From: Candidatus Micrarchaeia archaeon
GTDB taxonomy: Archaea > Micrarchaeota > Micrarchaeia > CAILAH01
DNA length: 64,000 bases
Direction: 5' to 3'
Assembly (NCBI GenBank): GCA_038874595.1
Contig: JAVZCB010000001.1
Coordinates: 59,609-123,608, forward strand
Each line of letters begins with the position of its first letter. Position 1 is the first letter of the stretch. A program made the translations under genes and the position numbers. The notes under the pieces are model-generated. The model was not told the DNA's origin and did not search any database. It was given only the letters and a program-made list of their open reading frames with translations. Positions 9,109 through 19,986 of the stretch are shown piece by piece.

Positions 9109-10554
9109 TTAGCCACGCCTCCACAGGCTTACGCCACCAACATCCTCCACAATTATTTTTGCGTCTGCAAGCGCGCTGCGTATCTTATCAGCATCAGCAT
9201 ATCTTTTTTCTTTTCTTAAAGACTCCCTAATTGCAAGCAGTTTTTCAACAGCTACAAACAGCCCATCCCCCATCGGGATTCCGTGTTCCATGCAGATACG
9301 TTCAAGCCGCATTTCGTATTCCTTGTCACCTTTTAGTGCAACCGGAATGCCAAGTATATCAAGAAGCCCGATCAGCTCATCAACAGCTTTCCTGAGGCTC
9401 TCAGGGTAAACATCTTTGTTGCTTATGCTCTTATTGATTATTTTTATTATCTCATTGATTGCGACAAGCGCATTTGCGGTATTGAAATCCTGCCCCATTG
9501 CAGCATGGAATACTCTTTTTTGTGTTTCAACCTCATCTTCAATTGACCTGTCAATCCCACTTGACCTTTCAATCGCAACACGCGCAAACTCAATAGCATT
9601 CATCATTTTCTCGATATGCCTTTTTGTCTCTTCAAGCCCTTCAAACGAAAAATCAATCGGGCTCCTGTAATGCCGTGTAAGCAAGTACCACCTGATTACT
9701 TCAGGCCGATATTTTGCAAGGACTTCCTCAGCGGTAATGAAATTGTTAAGGCTCTTGCTCATCTTTTCCCCGTTTATTGTGAGGAATCCTGTATGCATCC
9801 AATAGTTTACGAATTTTTGGCCGGTGGCAGCCTCGCTCTGCGCAATCTCATTTTCGTGATGCGGGAAGATAAGGTCCCTCCCGCCCCCATGTATATCAAT
9901 AGTCCCTCCAATGTATTTTGATGATATTGCGGAGCACTCAATATGCCAGCCAGGCCTTCCACGCCCCCACGGCGAATCGAACACTACTTCATTCTCCTTG
10001 CTTGATTTCCACAGCGCAAAATCCAGGGGGTTGCGCTTTTTCTCACCCGGCTCGACGCGCGCACCGCACATAAGCTCATCAATCTTTTGCTTTGATAACT
10101 TCCCATAATCCTTGAACTTGAGCACTGAGAAGTAAACATCCCCTGATGACTCGTATGCATACCCATTTGCAATTATCTTCTCTATTAAGGATATAATTGC
10201 AGGGATATTCTCAGATACTTTCTCAAGCAACGTTGGCCTCTTTATGTTGAGCGCATCCATAATTTCAAGAGCCTGTTTCATGTTCTCCTCAGTCAGCTTT
10301 AATGGGTGTACACCTTTCTCAGCGGCACGCTGAAATACCTTGTCCTCAACATCAGTGATGTTTTGGACGTACAGCACCTCAAACCCCAGGCTCTCAAAAT
10401 ACCTTCTCACAACATCAAAAAAGATATATGTCCTGAGATGGCCTACGTGCATCTTATCGTAAGGTGTCAGGCCACACACGTACATGCGTACCTGCCCCTC
10501 TTTTACAGGGACAAATTCGCGCTCGCAAGCCTCAAAAGAATCATAGATAATCAT
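9109..10554 (-). CDS. cysS: Cysteine--tRNA ligase
   Basis: YVCGLT, HVGH, GRPGWHIECS, DLIFPHHENE, KMSKS. Confidence 0.97.
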   Translation of the reverse strand: MIIYDSFEACEREFVPVKEGQVRMYVCGLTPYDKMHVGHLRTYIFFDVVRRYFESLGFEVLYVQNITDVEDKVFQRAAEKGVHPLKLTEENMKQALEIMDALNIKRPTLLEKVSENIPAIISLIEKIIANGYAYESSGDVYFSVLKFKDYGKLSKQKIDELMCGARVEPGEKKRNPLDFALWKSSKENEVVFDSPWGRGRPGWHIECSAISSKYIGGTIDIHGGGRDLIFPHHENEIAQSEAATGQKFVNYWMHTGFLTINGEKMSKSLNNFITAEEVLAKYRPEVIRWYLLTRHYRSPIDFSFEGLEETKRHIEKMMNAIEFARVAIERSSGIDRSIEDEVETQKRVFHAAMGQDFNTANALVAINEIIKIINKSISNKDVYPESLRKAVDELIGLLDILGIPVALKGDKEYEMRLERICMEHGIPMGDGLFVAVEKLLAIRESLRKEKRYADADKIRSALADAKIIVEDVGGVSLWRRG

Positions 10555-11458
10555 TGCTTCCTTCCCTCTCTTGCTTAGATGCCTTAATTTGGGAAGGATT
10601 CTTTATAATCGTATTTAGCAACGAGAGTATTGATGATATGGTGTACCCAAAAGAAAGCAGTACTGCAACAACACCGCACAGGAGCGCATACATGCGCGCG
10701 CCCATCTTCTTTGCAATCTCACGCATCTTGCGCATCATAGATTTTCTCTGTTGCAGTGTGCCATCTCTCATATTCATTACTTCCTCAACAGTTATGCTCT
10801 CACCCAACTGGTTCAGCGCCTCAATGATTGAATAAAGGACACCAAGGTCTTTCTCCTCAAGCAGCATCCTCTTCAGCTTTTCCCTGCCGAGCATTAATTT
10901 CCTTGAGCCAATAGTGCTTGCTATCCTGGACCTCACCGCAGGGTCCTTGCTGTCAAGCAAGTGCACGATTGTGCTTTCATACTTTGCAGGAGATTTGATT
11001 ACAGCCTCAAGTGCAGCCATTCTTTTCTCCATTGCAATATGCTTATCATCAACCGCCTGGACAAGCTCGCCCATTACAAGTTCTTTCCTTTCAAGAAACG
11101 CAAACACGCCAACAAGCTGTGAGCGTGTCCAAGAATCGCTTTTTCTGAACGCCTCTTTCATTATATGTATACCCTCATCACCTATCAGCGGCATTACCAT
11201 AAGTGCCTCCATTTTGAGTGGCTGGTCACTCTTCGAGATGAGAAGCGTCTTAAAAACTTCCTTCCCCTGCCCTTTGCGGAGCAGGTCCATCCACATCTCT
11301 CCCCTTAAATCACTTGGTGCATTCCTTAGCTCGTTAAGGATATCCCTAACATCAGCTTTCCTTGAGTGCGCCTCCGCACCAAAATCCTTGAGAGTACTTT
11401 GTGCTGTCCTCGAATAACTGGAATTATAGCTGATCCTCTCCTGCATCCTTTGCTCCAC
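10541..11458 (-). CDS. HEAT-repeat protein with C-terminal TM helix
   Basis: Repeated helical units (LLDSKDPAVRSRIASTIG); hydrophobic C-terminal segment. Confidence 0.65.
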   Translation of the reverse strand: MEQRMQERISYNSSYSRTAQSTLKDFGAEAHSRKADVRDILNELRNAPSDLRGEMWMDLLRKGQGKEVFKTLLISKSDQPLKMEALMVMPLIGDEGIHIMKEAFRKSDSWTRSQLVGVFAFLERKELVMGELVQAVDDKHIAMEKRMAALEAVIKSPAKYESTIVHLLDSKDPAVRSRIASTIGSRKLMLGREKLKRMLLEEKDLGVLYSIIEALNQLGESITVEEVMNMRDGTLQQRKSMMRKMREIAKKMGARMYALLCGVVAVLLSFGYTISSILSLLNTIIKNPSQIKASKQEREGSNDYL

Positions 11459-11489
11459 TCCACCGGTATATAGCGTTTTTTAAGAAAAT

Positions 11490-13097
11490 TTAAAAACATT
11501 TAAATATGCCAACTTCCAATATTGCAACCGGGTGCTCAAGCCCAAACCTCTCCAGTATCTCAGGGTGTACTTCTCCAATAATCGCACCGTCGTTTTTAAC
11601 CTTAACCTTTGCACACCTGCCCTCAATCATGAAAGGCATGCTTATAGGCTCTGCTTCATATCCCATCCCAAACCTGTCAAGCAGGAGCTTGAACATCCCG
11701 CTTATTGATTCCAGCCCAGCCTCCTCCCCATATATTGCTGCACACAGATGCCAGTCTGTTTTCCCATCAGCGTGTACAACTTCGCCAATCTCAAACAGCT
11801 TAAGAGGGAGTTTGTATTTTTTATTCTGGGCAATGGTCCTGAGCATGCTTGGCATTAGCGATGTCCTTAACATTGTATTATCAGCAGTAAGAGGGTTTGC
11901 AATTTTGACGCACGGCGTATCCAAATCAAGATTTAACTTGCCGTATTCCTCTCGCTCGTTGCTGAGCACAAACGTGTTGATTTCAGAGTATCCCATACTG
12001 AGCATCAACTCTCTGAGCGGCTTGCGCACGCCCTGTGCATCCTTTCCTACAGTGAACAGCTCCGGCTTCTCCGGCTCAAAATTATTATAGCCGTATGCAA
12101 TTGCAACATCCTCTGCAATATCACTGTTCCCGAATATATCAACCCTCCACGGCGGGTAGTATGCAACAGTGCGGCCGCGCTCATCAACAACATCAATGCC
12201 TGTCTTGTGCAGCAGTGCAGCAATCTCACTTTTGCTGAACTTTGACCCTAGGAGGTTATTTACGAAATCACATGAGAATTCAATGGTTTTTCTTTGCAAG
12301 TTTGGGGTGCGCACAGATTCTTTTTCATATCTGATCTCAACATCCTCAATTTTTCCGCCGCGCATGCATAGCGCCATTGCAATTATGCACGCAGTGTTCT
12401 CAACACTCTTCTTATCAGTCCCAGTAATATCAACAAAGATATTGCGCGTCTCACTGCGCACCTTTGTGCGCTCAGAATTCAATATGGGCGGGAATGACAT
12501 CACGCCTTTATCATCCGCAACAATTGGGTATTCGCGCTGTATGATGTGCGCAAACTCCCTTCCTTTCTCAGTCCTGAGCAGCACCTCTTTAGCGCTCATC
12601 TCCTCAGACTCAAACAACGGTATAAACTTCTCATTACCAGTGCCAGCATAGTATCTTATCTTTGTGCCAGCAACTGTATCAAGGTCGTGCATCCCGATTG
12701 CAATTTTCTTCCGCTTTCTTCCGAACGTATCATGAATTTTCTCCTGGAACTGCATAATCCCCTCAACGGCGGCATCACTCATCTGGACATCTTTAGCAAC
12801 AATGGCCGCAATGTACGGCCTGCTCGCAACCTTCCCCACCTCAACCACAAATTTTGAGTGAGGTATTTTTTCAGGGATTTTAGGGCGCTTGCCAGTAAAA
12901 CACAGCAGTGAGTATGCAATCCCCTCAACAGCCAGGTAATCAGGCCTGTTTGGTGTCACTTCAATCAGCAGTGTGTCCCCCTCCCTGCCGTCAAGAGGCG
13001 CACCAATGCTGTCCAGCAGCGATGGGATTTCCTCCTCGCTGATTTCTTTATTGCACAATTCCATAAGGTCATTAACATTTGCCCTGAGCACTGCCAT
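11490..13097 (-). CDS. pheT: Phenylalanine--tRNA ligase beta subunit
   Basis: NRPDYL, SFPPILNS, R-x-D-I...D-I-A-E-D motif, LFEIGEV, GEVHP. Confidence 0.95.
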   Translation of the reverse strand: MAVLRANVNDLMELCNKEISEEEIPSLLDSIGAPLDGREGDTLLIEVTPNRPDYLAVEGIAYSLLCFTGKRPKIPEKIPHSKFVVEVGKVASRPYIAAIVAKDVQMSDAAVEGIMQFQEKIHDTFGRKRKKIAIGMHDLDTVAGTKIRYYAGTGNEKFIPLFESEEMSAKEVLLRTEKGREFAHIIQREYPIVADDKGVMSFPPILNSERTKVRSETRNIFVDITGTDKKSVENTACIIAMALCMRGGKIEDVEIRYEKESVRTPNLQRKTIEFSCDFVNNLLGSKFSKSEIAALLHKTGIDVVDERGRTVAYYPPWRVDIFGNSDIAEDVAIAYGYNNFEPEKPELFTVGKDAQGVRKPLRELMLSMGYSEINTFVLSNEREEYGKLNLDLDTPCVKIANPLTADNTMLRTSLMPSMLRTIAQNKKYKLPLKLFEIGEVVHADGKTDWHLCAAIYGEEAGLESISGMFKLLLDRFGMGYEAEPISMPFMIEGRCAKVKVKNDGAIIGEVHPEILERFGLEHPVAILEVGIFKCF

Positions 13098-13105
13098 AAC
13101 ATCAC

Positions 13106-14542
13106 CTACTCAAACAGCCACCTGAGTTTCCCTTCCTTGTACTTCTCAAGCTCGCGCAAGTCGTTCCTGTAGAACGCTCTGATATCCTCAATACCAAGCA
13201 TTATCATGAGCGGCCTCTCAAGGCTGAGCCCCCACGCAAGTACGGGGTAATGGCCGAACAATGGATAGCACACCTCCTCTCTGAATATTCCGGCACCACC
13301 GAGCTCAACCCATATCTTCTTCTCTTTGAAATATGCGTGTATTTCAAGGCTCGGCTCGGTGTATGGGAAATAACTGGGCTTGAATATGACCTTCTCAAAT
13401 CCAAGCTTTCGGTAGAACTCCCCAAGAACCCATAGGAGGTTCCTGAAATTTGCCTTATCCCACGCAATTATACCCTCAACTTGGTGAAACTCTGCAAGGT
13501 GCTTGTAATCTATCGCTTCATTCCTGAATATCCTGCCGATTGCAAAGAATTTCCCCTGTGGTATTTCAAGCTCGCTGAGCTTCCTCGATGAAACCGCAGT
13601 TGTGTGTGTTCTTAAGATTGCTTTCTCTGCCTCATCAAGGCTCCAGTGGCCACCCCATTTTTCAAGATGCACCTGCTTCACTTTGTTTATTGGCGCATTT
13701 TTCTCCAGCTTGATTTTGGCAGGGCCTTTCAAGTAGAACGTATCCGCAAGCTCGCGTGCAGGATGGTCCTGTGGCTGGAATAATGCATCAAAGTTCCAGA
13801 ACGCACTCTCCACAAGGCCGCCTTCCATCTCCTCAAACCCCATCTCAGTAAAAATCTCACTCACGCGTTTCCTGAACTTGCGCAGGATATTCTCCCGGCC
13901 GTAACCTGGCATTTCACCAGGTGCTGCAACGTTATACGTTTTGAATGCCTTCCCTTTCCACCTGCCACTAATAATATCTTCGTGTGTCAGCTTATCTATC
14001 ATGTCCACCTGCTTGGTTTCCTTCTCGGCATCGAGCAGTTTCCTGCCTGTGTGTGTAATCCTCACAATAACATCCTTAACTCGCTTTTGTACCAGCAAGC
14101 CCCTTCTGATAAGCTCTTCATCACTCTCTTTTCCCTTAAGCTTGCTGCGCAGCGGATATCCCTTTTCAAGCATCTCACTGCCTTTATCAGTAATCTTCGC
14201 TTTCCCTTCGCTTATGCTCACAAAGCCTTTCTTAATCGCCCAGCTGAGCCCTATCCGTCTTTCCATATCTGTGAGTGTATCGAGGCTGCATCCGCCTTTC
14301 TGTGCAGCTTTCCTGGCAACATTTTCCTCTGGCAATCCATTTTCAGCACAGGCCTTTCCCTCCTCGCTCAGCTCATACTCAACTGACTCTATAGTTTTTG
14401 ATTCTATTGCACCAATCTCTTTAAGCGATTCTATTGCACTGAATATTCCTGAGATGTCAAGCCCCTTCTTTTGTGCAATCTCTGACGCTGCTGCATCTTT
14501 TGCAGCTGCCGCCTCTAAAACAGCCCTTTCATAATTATTCAT
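13106..14542 (-). CDS. pheS: Phenylalanine--tRNA ligase alpha subunit
   Basis: WNFDALFQPQDHPAR, LRTHTT, EFHQVEG, YFPYTEPS. Confidence 0.97.
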   Translation of the reverse strand: MNNYERAVLEAAAAKDAAASEIAQKKGLDISGIFSAIESLKEIGAIESKTIESVEYELSEEGKACAENGLPEENVARKAAQKGGCSLDTLTDMERRIGLSWAIKKGFVSISEGKAKITDKGSEMLEKGYPLRSKLKGKESDEELIRRGLLVQKRVKDVIVRITHTGRKLLDAEKETKQVDMIDKLTHEDIISGRWKGKAFKTYNVAAPGEMPGYGRENILRKFRKRVSEIFTEMGFEEMEGGLVESAFWNFDALFQPQDHPARELADTFYLKGPAKIKLEKNAPINKVKQVHLEKWGGHWSLDEAEKAILRTHTTAVSSRKLSELEIPQGKFFAIGRIFRNEAIDYKHLAEFHQVEGIIAWDKANFRNLLWVLGEFYRKLGFEKVIFKPSYFPYTEPSLEIHAYFKEKKIWVELGGAGIFREEVCYPLFGHYPVLAWGLSLERPLMIMLGIEDIRAFYRNDLRELEKYKEGKLRWLFE

Positions 14543-15341
14543 TGCCCCCCACCTTCGCCTTCAAGATGAAATATGTAGCTACAATGAGCAATACCATTAT
14601 CATAGTGTATATGCCCTCTTGTGACGCAATAAACCCATAGAACGTATCCTTGATTGTTGCAAAGTATTTTTCAACTTCATCACGCAATGATTCCTCATAT
14701 ACATACACAAACCTGAAGTCCTGCAGTATCGTCTTTCCTTTCCAGAAGAATTCTTTATCATTCTTGTTCAGGACGTTAATGTTTTGGGCCAGTGGATCAA
14801 CTGCCTTTACCTGGACGTTTTCAGGCAGTATTATGTACAGGTAATCAGTCTCTTCAAGCACGATATCCCCTCGGCTGTTCGTGCTAAATGATAACCCATC
14901 TTTTATGATTGAGAGCTCGTATGTGCGCGCCTTCACTTGCTTTTTCTCAAACAGCCCTTTTGTGTCATACTCAATCTGAAGCACACCTTCATAGCTTGGA
15001 TTAATAAGGCTGAGCTTTTGAAGAGGCTGTGGGATTACCCTAAGATTGCTGATTGGAGCCTTATTGGGATTAATGTGATACCTTATCTTATCTATGCCTG
15101 TCCTAGTCTTCCAGCTAGTGATATCGTTTGTGATTGCTATGTTGCTGTTATATATTTCAGCTGAGGATTCACCATCAATCTTTATTGATATCTTTTCAAT
15201 AATGTGCGCATTTCCTTCCTGGTCAGCGTAAATCCGCACGTTAGTGTTATCATAAGTGAATACTGCACCGACGATTCCACCGAATACAGCCACTAAGCAT
15301 AGTAATAAAAACAATTTACGCATAATATAGTTAAACAACAA
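14535..15341 (-). CDS. Hypothetical secreted/membrane-anchored protein
   Basis: N-terminal signal peptide and C-terminal TM helix; overlaps pheS start. Confidence 0.7.
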   Translation of the reverse strand: MLFNYIMRKLFLLLCLVAVFGGIVGAVFTYDNTNVRIYADQEGNAHIIEKISIKIDGESSAEIYNSNIAITNDITSWKTRTGIDKIRYHINPNKAPISNLRVIPQPLQKLSLINPSYEGVLQIEYDTKGLFEKKQVKARTYELSIIKDGLSFSTNSRGDIVLEETDYLYIILPENVQVKAVDPLAQNINVLNKNDKEFFWKGKTILQDFRFVYVYEESLRDEVEKYFATIKDTFYGFIASQEGIYTMIMVLLIVATYFILKAKVGGNE

Positions 15342-15352
15342 TACATTTAAAA

Positions 15353-15988
15353 GTGGTAATTATGAACCTATTATTCCTTGGAGAAGCCGGTGTTGTGGCG
15401 TCTTTCCCTAACGGGAAGGTTGCAATAGACCCAGTGTCAGCACAGGTACCGCGCGACCGCATAATTGAGGAGTGCAGGGACCTCAAGCTTATACTGATTA
15501 CGCATGAGCACAAAGAGCATTTTGATAGGGAGCTTGTTGAGGCACTTTTTGAAAAGTACAGGCCGTATGTTATAGGCCCGAGGCACGTGCTTGATAACCT
15601 CAGCGTGCATTCAACATATAAGAGCGATGTGGTGGTTGGGGATACGTTTGAGCTTAATGGGTTTGAGGTTAGGGTGATGCAAGTGTTCCACCCGCAGGCA
15701 AAGTATGCGGTCTCATATTTTGTCAAGTCTGGTGGTGCAACCCTTTACCATGCTGGCGATACGTACGAGACAGACCAGCTTTACAAGATTAAGGCAGATG
15801 TGGGCATTCTGCCAATCAAAGGTATGGAAACGATGGATGCCGCGCGTGTGGCGCGCATGTCCCAGCGCCTGCAATTCGGCAAGATATTCCCGGTTTACTG
15901 GGGTGACAGCAAGAACCTCGTTGAGTTCCTTATGGTTGCAAAAGAGAAAGGCCTCAGGCCACGGCTCGGCGATTGGGTCTCTGTGTAA
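15353..15988 (+). CDS. Metallo-beta-lactamase-fold hydrolase
   Basis: IDP, THEHKEH (HxHxDH variant), YHAGDT. Confidence 0.8.
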   Translation: MVIMNLLFLGEAGVVASFPNGKVAIDPVSAQVPRDRIIEECRDLKLILITHEHKEHFDRELVEALFEKYRPYVIGPRHVLDNLSVHSTYKSDVVVGDTFELNGFEVRVMQVFHPQAKYAVSYFVKSGGATLYHAGDTYETDQLYKIKADVGILPIKGMETMDAARVARMSQRLQFGKIFPVYWGDSKNLVEFLMVAKEKGLRPRLGDWVSV

Positions 15989-15998
15989 AGGCGGTCTT

Positions 15999-17381
15999 AT
16001 GGCCAGTAATAAATTACCGCTTGCCTTTTTGTTTTTGTTAATTTATGTCTCTTTCATTTTTGCGTCTTCTTCAGTCGAGGTTGTTATGTATCCTGACTCA
16101 AACTCATACGTACTGCGTACATATTCATTCTCCGTGCCCGGGCCGTTTACGCTAAACCCAGAGGAGATAAAAGGCATATCCCCCCAGGCAATCTCAGTGT
16201 TCGGTGATGGTGCAGATGCCTATTTCATCTCACAATACTTAGTGAACAGCACACGGCAGGAGCGCAAGTCTCTTGCAGAGATTATTAATGAGAGTATAGG
16301 CAGGCAGGTTGCAATAAAAACAAAGTCGGGTGCATCTTACAACTCAACCCTGCTCTGGTATGACAGCAGTTATATAGGTGTTTCCGGGAAGGACAGCTTG
16401 CAGGTAATATCTCTTGATGATGTTGCAGAGATATCCCTCCCGGCAACAAGCACTACTAAAAGCGTGAATTACAGCGAGAGCAAGTTATCAGTATTTGGTG
16501 CGGCCATAAAGCCCAACAGTGCGCTCACGTTCGGGTACGTAAAGCGCGACCTGTCTTGGGGCATTGATTATGACCTGGTAGTATCAGGTGACAGGGGCAA
16601 GCTTGTGCAGTATGCAACAATAACAAACAGCGGTGATGAGGCATATTCTGATGCTGCATTAACGCTTTCAATGCTGGACGTGAATTTTGTAGGTGTGAGG
16701 CCGTCGTATTACTATAACTATTACGCAGCCAAATCGAATATAATGTATGAGGCAGCGCCTGGGTACGGCCAGCCCGCATCGTCTAAACCAGAGTTTGAAT
16801 CTTCACTGAAAGGTGGTATGTGGTCGTATACACCATCCACACCCATAACTTTGTGTGCGCACAGTTCTCACAAGATGGTTATTTTTAAAGATGATGCAGT
16901 TTACACGAAGAAACAGGTATGGGATATAAGGCGCGGCAGTACGGTTTACCGCGTTTATGAGCTTAACAACTCGCGCAAGGAGGTCCTGCCATCCGGCACC
17001 GTGCACGTGTTTGATGGCGGCACGTTCGTTGGTGAGGATACAATTGAAATGCTCGGCAGCGGGAGCTCGAAAGAGCTTTACGTCTCCAATGTCCCGCACA
17101 TTGAAGTTGAGCGTACAATCATTTCTGATTCCGTAACCGGCAACTCGATAACGAGCTTCACGCATACAGTTAAGGTGCGGCTTAAACTGAAAAACCGCAG
17201 CGATTCAACAGAATCTGTTGAGGTGCGTGAGGACTTGTCAGGGTATAGCAATTTCAGGTATGTTTCATATTCGGTGCAGCCGTTCAAGGTCGATGGTGGG
17301 AAGGCGTACTGGAACGTGCCGGTGGGTGCGGGTGCAGAGCAGGTTGTTGAGTATGTTTACACATACTCAAGCACTTACTGA
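15999..17381 (+). CDS. DUF4139-like secreted protein
   Basis: Signal peptide after ATG 15999; W-x-I-D-Y-D-L, A-T-I-T-N-S-G, LPSGTVHVF...FVGED pattern. Confidence 0.7.
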   Translation: MASNKLPLAFLFLLIYVSFIFASSSVEVVMYPDSNSYVLRTYSFSVPGPFTLNPEEIKGISPQAISVFGDGADAYFISQYLVNSTRQERKSLAEIINESIGRQVAIKTKSGASYNSTLLWYDSSYIGVSGKDSLQVISLDDVAEISLPATSTTKSVNYSESKLSVFGAAIKPNSALTFGYVKRDLSWGIDYDLVVSGDRGKLVQYATITNSGDEAYSDAALTLSMLDVNFVGVRPSYYYNYYAAKSNIMYEAAPGYGQPASSKPEFESSLKGGMWSYTPSTPITLCAHSSHKMVIFKDDAVYTKKQVWDIRRGSTVYRVYELNNSRKEVLPSGTVHVFDGGTFVGEDTIEMLGSGSSKELYVSNVPHIEVERTIISDSVTGNSITSFTHTVKVRLKLKNRSDSTESVEVREDLSGYSNFRYVSYSVQPFKVDGGKAYWNVPVGAGAEQVVEYVYTYSSTY

Positions 17382-17405
17382 TAATGCTAAATAAAAGGTG
17401 GATAA

Positions 17406-17837
17406 ATGGGCGACTCTGAGATGATTTACCTGGAAAAGAAGGTTGTGTGCAAGAAGTGTGGGCATATGCACGAGTTTAATATACGCACAAACCTCTCAGT
17501 AACCAACTTCACGTTTAATGCAACGTGTGTTGAATGCGGCGGTCGTATCGTGATTGACCTTGATTCAATATTCAAGGGTGGGAAAGCGCCTGAGCAGATA
17601 AGCTCAATACACGACCCATACCTTAATGTGGACGCTTCGGCAACTTCCAGTAGCACGACATCCAACCTGCCGCTTGACCTTGATGCCGTTGATGGCATTG
17701 ATGAAAGCACATCATCTGAATCTTCAGGCACGTCTTCCTCGCAGGAAGGGCAGGGAGACGGGTCTATCTTTGATAGCAATACTGAGCCGATGCCGGATGT
17801 GTCATCTTTCTTTGATGACATTGAGGAAAACAAGTAA
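17406..17837 (+). CDS. Zn-ribbon protein with acidic low-complexity tail
   Basis: CKKC...CVEC; Ser/Asp-rich C-terminus; SD AGGTGG. Confidence 0.7.
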   Translation: MGDSEMIYLEKKVVCKKCGHMHEFNIRTNLSVTNFTFNATCVECGGRIVIDLDSIFKGGKAPEQISSIHDPYLNVDASATSSSTTSNLPLDLDAVDGIDESTSSESSGTSSSQEGQGDGSIFDSNTEPMPDVSSFFDDIEENK

Positions 17838-17935
17838 TTTGGCTGCGCATGAAAACGAAAAGAAACCTATGTTTTTCCTTGCTTTTTGTTATATAATATA
17901 AAAACAGAAAAATAGATATTATGAATAAAAAAATT

Positions 17936-19912
17936 TTAGATGAGGCCGAGTGATGCGGCCATCAAGGCACCCGCAAACACCAGTGATACTGTGTTGAGCA
18001 CCTTGATTAAGGCGTTCAGTGCGGGCCCTGCAGTATCCTTTAACGGGTCACCTACAGTGTCACCGACAACAGCCGCTTTGTGCGTGTCGCTTCCTTTACC
18101 GCCAAGGTTACCTGCTTCAATATACTTCTTTGCGTTGTCCCACGCCGCTCCGGATGTGCACATAAACAGCGCCATCAGGAAACCGCTGGCGATTGCGCCC
18201 GCAAGCAGCCCGGCAAGTGCGGCAGTCCCAAACAGGTACCCAACCACTATTGGTGCGAACACAGCAATTATGCCAGGGAGCGCAAGCTCCTTAAGTGCGG
18301 TTGCCGTACTTATATCCACACACTTTGCGTAGTCGGCTTTTGCCTTACCGGTCATCAGGCCCTTTATCTCCCTGAACTGCCTTCTCACTTCCTCAACTAT
18401 CTCAAACGCCGCCCTGCCCACAGCGAGCATTAGCAGGCTTGAGAATATGAAAGGAAGCAGTGCACCTATAAATAACCCAACCACAACAGGTGTTGAAAGC
18501 AGGTCCACGGATGCAAGCTTGCTTTCAGCTGCAAAGGCCGCAAACAGTGCAAGCGCGCCAAGCGCTGCACCGCCGATTGCAAACCCTTTGGTTGTTGCCT
18601 TGGTGGTATTGCCCACCGCATCAAGCTCATCGGTCACTTTTCTGACCTTTTCAGGCAGGCCTGACATCTCCGCAATCCCGCCTGCATTATCAGTTATCGG
18701 GCCGTACGAGTCAACCGCAATCACTATTCCGCTCAATGAGAGCATTGCCGCTGCTGCAAGCGCAACACCGTAAATGCCGCCAAGCTTGAACGAGACGATA
18801 ATTGCAGCAACTACAAGCACTGCGGGCAAGAGTGTTGATTCCATCCCGACCGCAAGCCCGGTAATCAGGTTTGTCCCGGCACCTGTCTTAGCCGCCTCTG
18901 CAATCTTCCTGACAGGCCTGAACTGTGTCCCTGTGTAATATTCGGTTATCAGGAACAGCAGGAATGTCACGATTGCACCAATAGCCACAACATAGAAGTA
19001 GTTGGTAATGCCACCAAAGTATAGCAGTGTGCCGATGAGCATTACCGCAGATGCCACGAACAACCCTGTATAGAAAGAGAACATAATGTTTCTTGTCCAG
19101 AGCCTCACAAACAGTGACCCGATAATGCTTGCCAGCACACCAAGTGCGGCAATGCCGAGCGGCATTACAACCTCGTTTGCAAGGTGGCCAAGAAGCATTG
19201 CAGCAATTACGGTTACCACGAATGACTCAAACACATCAGCCGCCATACCCGCGCAGTCGCCAACATTATCACCGACGTTATCTGCAATCACTGCAGGGTT
19301 TCTTGGGTCATCCTCAGGGATTCCTTTCTCCACTTTTCCTACAAGGTCTGCACCCACATCGGCAGCTTTTGTATATATACCGCCACCGACCCTTGCGAAC
19401 AGTGATATCAAAGATGCACCAAACCCGAACCCTACAAGCGGTGCAAGCTCGCCGTTAAAGTATATGTAAAGCGCGCTTATCCCGATAAGGCCGAGCCCTA
19501 CAAGTGCCATCCCTGTGACGGCACCGCCTCTGAACGCCATCGAGAGTGCGGCTTTCAATCCATTGCTGGCTGCTTGGGCAACCCTGACGTTACCCCTCAC
19601 AGCGGTCTGCATGCCGATATAACCGGCAAGTGCAGATGATATTACACCAACAATGAACGCAATCGCAGTTGGCATGCCGACAAATGCATATATGGCCGCC
19701 GCAAGCAGTATCACGATGGGAAGCAGTGTCTTATACTGCCTCATCAGGTACGCATTTGCACCTTCCTCAATCGCCTTCGCAATACTCTGCATTTTCTCGT
19801 TGCCCTTGGGAGACCTCAATATACTAAATACAAGGGCGCCCGAGTAAATGATGGCCAATATGCCTACTGCCAGCGCAAAATAAACCTCGCTAACTCCAAA
19901 TATCATAGGCAT
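17936..19912 (-). CDS. hppA: Membrane-bound H+-translocating pyrophosphatase (K+-independent type)
   Basis: GGGIYTKAADVGADLVGKVE, DNVGDNVGD, GNTTKA, GDTVGDPLKD. Confidence 0.95.
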   Translation of the reverse strand: MPMIFGVSEVYFALAVGILAIIYSGALVFSILRSPKGNEKMQSIAKAIEEGANAYLMRQYKTLLPIVILLAAAIYAFVGMPTAIAFIVGVISSALAGYIGMQTAVRGNVRVAQAASNGLKAALSMAFRGGAVTGMALVGLGLIGISALYIYFNGELAPLVGFGFGASLISLFARVGGGIYTKAADVGADLVGKVEKGIPEDDPRNPAVIADNVGDNVGDCAGMAADVFESFVVTVIAAMLLGHLANEVVMPLGIAALGVLASIIGSLFVRLWTRNIMFSFYTGLFVASAVMLIGTLLYFGGITNYFYVVAIGAIVTFLLFLITEYYTGTQFRPVRKIAEAAKTGAGTNLITGLAVGMESTLLPAVLVVAAIIVSFKLGGIYGVALAAAAMLSLSGIVIAVDSYGPITDNAGGIAEMSGLPEKVRKVTDELDAVGNTTKATTKGFAIGGAALGALALFAAFAAESKLASVDLLSTPVVVGLFIGALLPFIFSSLLMLAVGRAAFEIVEEVRRQFREIKGLMTGKAKADYAKCVDISTATALKELALPGIIAVFAPIVVGYLFGTAALAGLLAGAIASGFLMALFMCTSGAAWDNAKKYIEAGNLGGKGSDTHKAAVVGDTVGDPLKDTAGPALNALIKVLNTVSLVFAGALMAASLGLI

Positions 19913-19986
19913 TTACACCCCACTATGTGAACTTTAAAAACAGCGATATTTTTAAGCTTATATGGAGTTTTTCGTCTGATATGTTG

